Positions 38,592-64,000 of a stretch of 64,000 nt of DNA are shown piece after piece. Every line of letters begins with the position of its first letter. The first letter of the stretch is position 1. The notes beneath the pieces were generated by a model. It worked only from the letters and a program-made list of their open reading frames with translations. It was not told the DNA's origin and made no database searches. The stretch comes from Botryllus schlosseri. Taxonomy: Eukaryota. The stretch is from contig CM119372.1 of NCBI GenBank assembly GCA_051294905.1, positions 8,682,001-8,746,000 of the forward strand. Reading direction: 5' to 3'. Position numbers and translations under genes: made by a program.

Positions 38592-38889
38592 CTTTAGTAT
38601 CCACGGGGTTGAAACGTGCGGGTGCGAGACTATTAGACACAGGTGGATACTTCGGGATCAACCGTTTCCACACTAGGACACTCAAGACATGAAATTTTGG
38701 CTATCATGCGGCTGGGAAAAGCGTGGCATCAAAAAGATCGGCGGTGATAAACCTTGCCCCGAAATGACTGCCTCTATGGTTGGCCAAAACATTCGATATT
38801 GATATTTCCGAGCGTCGAAATGGTTGGAACCAAATGCAATCCGAGCCACGCAGTACAAATGCCACCCATCGGAGGAAAATAATGTATCC

Positions 38890-39140
38890 CAATCTGAAAT
38901 CGCGTGTGTCACGTGTCTCATTAGGTTCAGTGGAATTTCCACTTTGCTCTCTTTGCCGCTATCCGGAAACCACTGAACATTTTTTGATCCACTGCTCAAT
39001 ATATGATTTCCATCGTACTTTCCTCATTGCTAAATGTGCTGAATTGAATGTTGATTTCCGCCTTGAAATTCTTCTCATCGAGGAACAAATCATCCCTTTT
39101 ACAATTAAATTTGTGTTATCCTGCAACCGTAATTTGGGAA
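38890..39140 (+). mobile_element. C-terminal zinc-knuckle remnant of a LINE ORF2
   Basis: Translation PLCSLCRYPETTEHFLIHCSIY fits the CxxC...H...C motif at LINE RT C-termini. Confidence 0.6.
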
Positions 39141-39343
39141 CAGCCGTGAATATGTTATTTTCCACCGCTCTGAATTTTCCTTTTCCTCGCCAAATGTTGA
39201 AAACTTTTGTGTTATGAACTTAAATATAGGCCTATACGCGTCTTGGACTGGAACCGGGAGTTCGATTGCAAATACATGATATTTATACGAGATCTGGTTG
39301 AAAAAAATCACAATTTGATAGCGACGGAAAGCACTGTTTTATC

Positions 39344-39656
39344 TAGGGTCACCATACGTCCTCTTTTAAGAGGATTTACCCTCTTTTTTGACATTTTTGA
39401 AAGTGTCCTCGGAGGACGGCCAACTGTCCTCTTTTTTGAGAATTTTGGTTAAATATAGGGCAAAATTCGACTGAGATATAGTAAATCAGCACTGAAGCAC
39501 TCCGGTGGCTATTTCGGGAGCTGAGCCGGAAAATTGACCTTTTTCTTAGTCAACCGACCACGAACTGCAAAAAAATTACCATTTTTCAGGATTTCCTCCG
39601 CTATTGCAAGTCCTGCAAGTGTCCTCTTTTCCGATTTCCAAAATATGGTAACCTTA
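39344..39656 (+). mobile_element. hAT-type MITE family L
   Basis: TAGGGTCACCATA...TATGGTAACCTTA, perfect TSD GTTTTATC. Confidence 0.82.
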
Positions 39657-41710
39657 GTTTTATCATCAATCACATGCCAACTGCCAAGTATGGACGATGT
39701 GTTCTTTCAATTCAAATAGTTCACTCTTATGGTATAGTAGGCGGGCATCGTTTGCTAGATTTATATAGATTCAAGCCTCAAATAGAAACTATTACCTATA
39801 GACTTCGTTGCCATTTCGAATCATCCCACGGGTGAGTTTTTGTACAATGTACAGTATAGTTGGCATAATTTGACGATCGCCCTCGTTTCGAAGCTCCTGA
39901 ATTTGAAAATAGGTGCTGATGATGTATGAAGTCATAAAATCACCATTAACTTTGTACTACTGGACTATACTGGACTACTGGATAGTTACTTGAAACGTCT
40001 GATTGCACTGATCGTCTTCACCTCGTTTTGTTCGTTTTTCGTTCGTTTTTTTCGGCCGTTTTCTGGATTCGACCTTTACGAACTTTACTGTTATCTATGT
40101 TGAGAATATTCGCCTCACAGGTGGTCAGAAGTTCTGACGTTTTAATCTGGTAGTCACCTCGGGTCGACGACTGATTTCTGGGACTCGATGCTAATGCGCA
40201 CGAAGAACAGACGTCAATAGATTTTGCATGGAAATTTGATGGCGAAATAAAACCCATTTACCAAACATTTATATATTGTGGCGCGTGCAAAATTGGATTG
40301 AAAATAGTTTCTTTGGCAAAGACAAGTTTACGTTTATGCCAGTCTCAAATGACAATCAAACCAATCATTGCATGTATTGCATAAATATTTTAAATGCACA
40401 TATGATGTGTATCGTGCGTATGATCTGTTGAGTAGGGCTGGGCGAAACCGAGTACCTCAGTGATTCGATTTTGAGTCATGTAAGTTCAAATATGTACCTT
40501 TTATGCTAAGTCAAATAATATACTGACGATTTTACTTCACATTATAGATGAATTGGCGTATTGTCGACTATGCCATTTCATTGCACTTTGTGACAATACC
40601 ATTGGATCATCATGACTTCGTACGGATTAGTCATTTCCATCAACCTACGTGTAGCTTTGAACTGCATTTTCGTATGCTGCTATATAATCGCTCGAGGTCT
40701 CAGGGCTCCCACAGCAGTGTAAAATTCAATTCAATTCAATATATTGCCAAGAATTTCATCATTTCAATACACCACAAGACTGCGATACGATGAACGATAC
40801 GAAGGTGTCGAAAAGACTTGGAGTAGTCCTCGAAATCAGCATAGTGCAACTAGTAAATCAACTGAAAATGGGGTGGAGCGTATAGACATTTGCTTACATT
40901 GAATTTAGGTCGCTATAGGGAATACTGCACTCAGTTCCTAACTTTCAATTCAATTCAATTTATTGCTAATATTTTCATCATTTCAATACACCACAAGACT
41001 GGGATGCAATGAAAGATAGGAAGGTGTCGAAACGACTTGGAGTGTAGTCTTCGAAATCAGACACCCACCTATATGGCCTAAAAAAGGAGGCATGCACTGC
41101 ACATTGGATGAAAAGTAAAAGAAGATAATACAAAAGAACAGATGACAAAAAGCTGGCATGTGTCAGAAGGCAAGATCGATATGTCAGGTCGAGGTCCGGT
41201 AAACTAGAGGGCTAACTATAGAAATTAAATTTTCGTTGATAAATTAACTGTTAGTGGCAGGAGCGTGCAATTTCAGTACCGATACTCAGGGATATCTAGC
41301 TACTCAGCTGCTTGGTTGCATCAACATAGGCCTACTTCAGGGCACCTTGAAAAGAGGTGTCCAATCCCGGAGTTTCAAGATATCCCTGCCGATACTATAG
41401 AAAAAATCATCTCCCACTAGTCGATTCAGATTCAAGCACTCTAATCATTGTTCCCATCTCGGCTATTGAGTTTGTTGATGAAATCTGTAGTTGTATTCGA
41501 AGTACCATTTATTACAGATCAAATATTGTGTATGACATCACCAAGAAATGGTTACGTCAGTTAATTGCTTTGTTATCCATCTTGTATCAAACATTTATTA
41601 TTGCTGGTTAGGACAATGGTCGCGGAATCGTTTGTTTCTCGCGACTATAACCCCAAAACTGAGGAGGGAAAGTATCTTTTTGTTAACGACGGAAGTCCCA
41701 TGAGTTGTGA

Positions 41711-59037
<17,327 letters not shown>

Positions 59038-61689
59038 ACTCAACACAGCTCGTGTATTTCAAGGTAGGTAAGCTAGCGACGCAATACTTGAGAAGACGGT
59101 AAATGTATAAGTTCAATTGTGTTACATCACATTTGTGCAGGCTCAGGGTATAGTTTGCGCAGTTTCCAATCAAATATCTCGACCTTGTAGGCTAATGTCT
59201 AATTCTACGCGTTCAGCTATCAGTTTTCTCAAGTAGTCATACACACACGGAGATAACGGGCTTATAGTTATTATAATCGACATTCTGTCTCTGTCGCATT
59301 CTACTAAATCCTATATCACGACCACGACGAATGACAGCGCACTCGCGTACAGGCCCTATTTGTAGTGTATAAGTCATGCTCCGCTTTTACATATGACGGA
59401 GATGGCGAAGAAAGTAGGATCGGCAAAATTATAATCTCGATCGGCGACCAAAACAATGCCTGCGCAAAATAACGTGCACATCACACGCCTAATAGGAAAT
59501 GACGCATGTTAATGTTAGTAGATATAAGGTCCGGACAAAATAGACCGGTTAATTTTGCGATTCTGGATAAGGAGGGGGAGATCCGGAATTTTGCAATATT
59601 CAAAAAAACATTTATTACACAGAAAATATTGTGTGTGACGTAAAGAAGAGATAAGTATACGTGATCAGATCATATTTCAAATTTCAACCCTACGTATCCG
59701 TAAAGTAATATATTAATGTACAATGTACATGATACATAGCGACGACTCGGGCCACTATGCCACAATGCTGATGCTGAAGTACCTGCTGACTTTTTAAAAC
59801 GTTATCTAATGCAGGGGTGGCCAACCTTTTCGGCCAAAGGACCACATGAGATTTATGAACCACTGCACGGGTCACTAGAATGTTGGTGACCTTTTTTAGG
59901 TACCCGATAGGAGCGAACCAGATTAGGTAACGGTAAAAACAGGACTGATATTACTACGCATCAAAATCGACAACAATTATGTCATGATAAGTCTGTGTAT
60001 AGCCTACATGTCCTAGCCGTGCGGAGCGCGGTATTTTGTCAAAATTAATGAATGTATTCGTTTAATAATAATGTTAGTTGCATTTTGCATATATATGTCG
60101 ATGGCCTCTGTACACCGCTGGGCTCATTTGGCCAGGACATGAATAATCGCCGCTTGGACATATCAATATCGAATATTTCAGTGAACATGCATCTATCGTT
60201 TTGTGCAAAGGTTTCATCGCCGAAGATCTTTCTGCGAGTGCAGATGCGTAGTCGCATGTTGGACAACACGTTCTCTCATAATTGCGAATATAGTTAGTAG
60301 GGTTACTATATTTCTGTGACCCAATTTCCGGACACTCTTTAGCGCCCACTAGTGGATTTTAAAATGAGTTATGAGCACACTGTCGGTCAATATGATGTCA
60401 CACTACCAAAGTTTTGCTTATAGACCAGACGTGGTCACGATCCGGCTCAGGAGTAAAGACGACAAATGTAAGTTCAATTGTGTCACATTGGTGCAGCGTA
60501 TAGTTTGTGTAATCTCGAAGCAATTATTTCGACCGTGTATCTCTAATTCTACGCATTCAGCTACCAAGTTTCTCTCTGCATCTGCAGTGATACACACGGA
60601 CGTAACGCTTGTAGTTCTGTAGTTTTCTACCTTTTCGCAATCGCGGACCCCCGCGGACCATCCCCCCCCAATGATTTTTGGTTCTAACTTAGCTCAATTA
60701 TCGTGCAACCGTATCGTGTCTTGTGCAAATACTAACAGTAGGCTAGTGATAAACAGTTTGACTTTTCATGAAAATAGCACATGGGAAAATTGTGGAGACT
60801 TAATTATTTCAAGGCAAATTTTGCATTACATCTCTTGAAATACGAGAGCCGAACATCCATTACCACAAAGATAGGTGGAGCAAATAGAATAATAGCGTGT
60901 AACGCTTACATATTCGGCCCAAGAACATCTCTAGCAAAACTAAGAGACAGATTTTTTAATGAACACATCACGTCCAGCCAAATCATTTCTATCCAGCAAC
61001 TCACCTCGAAGATCTTCTGGGATTGATAGTATATCACTGGAGAAAAGAGATTTCGTGCTGTGGTTTCAATCCCTTTGGTACAGATTAGAAAAAACTTAAG
61101 GAATGTTTATTTCAAACGACTGTTCAAGTTCACTAATGTGGTGAGACTGACAACCTGAAATCGAAAATATTTTGCAAACATTGCGAAGCTACGCAGATTG
61201 AGTTTGAGATTATATGTCATTCATAAACAGGTTATAGCCAGTTATCCAATCAGACGGATTTGGTTATAATGATACTATAAACATATCAAATCAAGATCGA
61301 TCCGGTAGGCCAGCTACATTTTTCACATTTAACAACGATGCATCCTTTATATCAATTACGTTGATGTCAATCAATTGATTGGTTGAATAAGCACATCGCA
61401 TGCAGCTATACATGCAGTATATTTTATCTTTAAATTGTGATCGCCAAGCTAATAGCAATAATCATTATAATTCGCAAACGCAAGGCTGCATATTTCGATC
61501 AAACTTTCTCTAACAAAGGTAATATAATTTTTGAAATTGGCAAGGTGCATGTAGGTCCAACCTTTTTGAAACCAATTTGTTACGCTACTTCATGGGTCCT
61601 GATTGGGTATATTTCTTTCATTTGACGTTAAGAGCACTGAGCAGGGTTTCCGCTCCTTGCCAAGAAATGATAACTCTTCGCGACGGAAT

Positions 61690-62090
61690 ATAAGAAAACG
61701 CATTGCTCTATCAAGGATCCTATGCCGGACCCCAATTGTGGAACAGCATATCTCGCCGGCTATCAGACAGTCGTCGAGCATGTCCGCATTCAAGTCGAAA
61801 TACAAGCAATCACTTGTAAATGAATGCGAGTCAGCCTTCAGCATCACCAGACCACGACCTAACGTATCGATCTCGTCTTCCGCCACATGCCACCCCATTT
61901 TGTCGCTTGCCTTATATATTCTCTGCTATAGGCTATTCCTCATTCACTGTGCAATGTGCATGCCTCTCTCTACTTCGCCTATAGGCCAAGGTGGGTGTCT
62001 GATCTCAAAGACTACTCTAAGTCGTTTTGGTACCCTCCTTTCTTTTCATTGTATCGCAGTTTTGTCGTATTTTGAAATGATAAAAATATT
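61690..62090 (+). mobile_element. Another 3' fragment of the same CR1/L2-clade LINE
   Basis: Homologous to 58405-58775. Confidence 0.75.
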
Positions 62091-63198
62091 TATATACTGA
62101 TACCGATACTGATACTCACGCCAGCGTCTCCAAGTTCAGTTGCTTCGCCGCACTGGCCAACGAAGTGCCAATCTCCACGTCGAAGCTTGGAAATATTAAC
62201 CTGATTTCCTTTCGGACTTCGCGGGGGCGAGAGCTTGCAACTCCCCCCGGTACGAGCTGCGAAGTAGGTAATCTCGACGCCGCCAACTTTCTGCAAAATA
62301 TTTTGTTTTCTCGCGCGATCCGGTCAAATGTGTCAAATGTGTCGAGTGACAACGGCTGCGTTATCGAACGGCCACCAACGCCGCATCTCGAGTACTTCTG
62401 CTGAGCGGGTCTCCAGTGACTCCAGCGATTAGACGAATTGACGAGCGGCTGCAGCAAGTCAAGTTGGTGGACACGGGCTTCGAGGCTTGTGACGTCACAC
62501 GCGCGACACCCGAAACGGTTCCCGACCGGTTCCCGACCGGTTCCCGACTGACCAACCTTCAACTGCTATTCACATGGAACTCTTGTCCACTTGGATCTTC
62601 AAAGCTCTCAGTTGAATGTAATTGCTACTGCCACCAAGGGCGACTCATCAGGTAGGCCGACTTCGGGTGACCTGGTACCCGCGGGCACCGCGTTGGTGAC
62701 CCCTGCTCTAGTAATTTTTTTCTGTATTACTCTCACTTATACTTGAACAGTTTTTTAGACAAAATTACTTACTTACTACTTTTTACAATTTGGATTTTGA
62801 AAAGTAGAAAGATAGTTTTAGGATAAGTTTGCATCACCTGTATGGATAAAATTGTCAGAAAAACCGTGCGAAATACCTGTATCACGGTAACGGAATGTAT
62901 TTTTCTCTCTATTTGCATAGAGTCATAATTAGTCAATTTCTGATCGACTCGAAGATGCCTATTGCAGATTCGAAAGTATAGAACACTTCTGACTCACTAA
63001 TAAATTATGCGTCGTCTCGACTTGAGTCCCATAATTTGCATTTTGCACTTCCACTTGAAGTAGTTTTGACACGTCTTGTTCTACTTCTACTTGAGTAGCG
63101 AAGGTTACTACTTTGGCCACATCTGTACGAATAGGCTATTTAACATATACCTCATGATTTCTTTCAGAGAACGCGAGGGGCTTCTGTTTGTAGACGTG

Positions 63199-63478
63199 TT
63201 TTTGTTTTGTTTTGAGGTATTCATGGGGTTTGTCGACTACTATGGTCATTTACACCAGGTCTATATTATTCATTTTTATTCCGTAACTGCCGCTTTGTAG
63301 CACGGCCCACATCTAGGCTTTTTGTAAGACACCGCTTACGCGGATGACGTGGCGAGGAGGAGGCTAAATAAACATCCAGCACTTAGGTATAGGAATTCTG
63401 AAGTCGACCTCGGTCGGACTCGAATCCGCAACTCATTGGTGTTGCAGCCGCGGATTATATCACTGCGCTATCTCGCCA
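63199..63478 (-). mobile_element. Full-length tRNA-derived SINE S1
   Basis: Homologous to 34389-34672; 12-bp TSD TTTGTAGACGTG. Confidence 0.88.
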
Positions 63479-64000
63479 TTTGTAGACGTGGTAATAGTTA
63501 GTCTGATAATACTTACGTGAGTTCAGTTGATCCATTTGTCAGGGCAAAGTATGATAAGATTGCGATAAAATGAAAAGATGTAGGAAAGAACTGAAGCGAC
63601 TTGTAGTAGTTTTTCAGTCAGACAGAATTGGTTAAAGTAGTCAAGAAAGCTACTCAAGTAGAAGTAGAAATAGCGACGAAAAAATCTACTCAAGTACGAG
63701 TAGAAGTACTTCTTCCATAAGCAACCTGAAACTACTTGAAGTAGAAGTAGAATTGACTGACTTTAAATATACTCAAGTAAGTAAGTAGTTGTGAAAACGA
63801 TCGTAATTCGTTCGTACAGATTGTCAAAAGGTGCAAATTGAGCTATAAGCTATGCGAAATATGGCGAGCTTGATTCATATTTATGCCAATTTTCGACAGC
63901 ATAAGCATTCGTCCGCATCATGAGATGACAATGATAGTATTGATATGGAAATGCGATAATAATCCTCTGTTTACTCGAACAGCACGTTTTAGAAAATATT

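Overview
Animal genomic DNA (invertebrate-type, AT-rich, dense in transposons, with many 54-64 bp GT-AG introns); the taxon cannot be fixed from sequence alone. The window opens inside an uninterrupted MCM2 reading frame (+). Facing it tail-to-tail on the minus strand is a tandem cluster of three highly diverged paralogous genes that I assembled by hand from splice sites and reading phase. All three share a signal peptide, FN3-like segments and a Cys-rich module, with identical phases (1,1,2,0,2,1) for the first six introns. Paralog A (18460->4735, 19 coding exons, about 917 aa) is a receptor tyrosine kinase with 2 EGF repeats, a TM helix, a non-RD (HGD) catalytic loop and a PPxY plus PDZ-type tail. 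Paralog B (32256->about 24622) appears to encode only the ectodomain. Paralog C (59037->41711) is membrane-anchored with no kinase. Together they look like a signalling receptor plus soluble and membrane decoys or co-receptors. Introns and intergenic DNA hold many non-autonomous hAT-type MITEs with 8-bp TSDs (often nested), a foldback-like element, tRNA-derived SINEs, CR1/L2 remnants and a young 5'-truncated L1/Tx1-type LINE. That LINE sits inside a palindromic MITE with a 23-bp target deletion. A 996-bp tandem duplication carries the signature of unequal crossover between two MITE copies.
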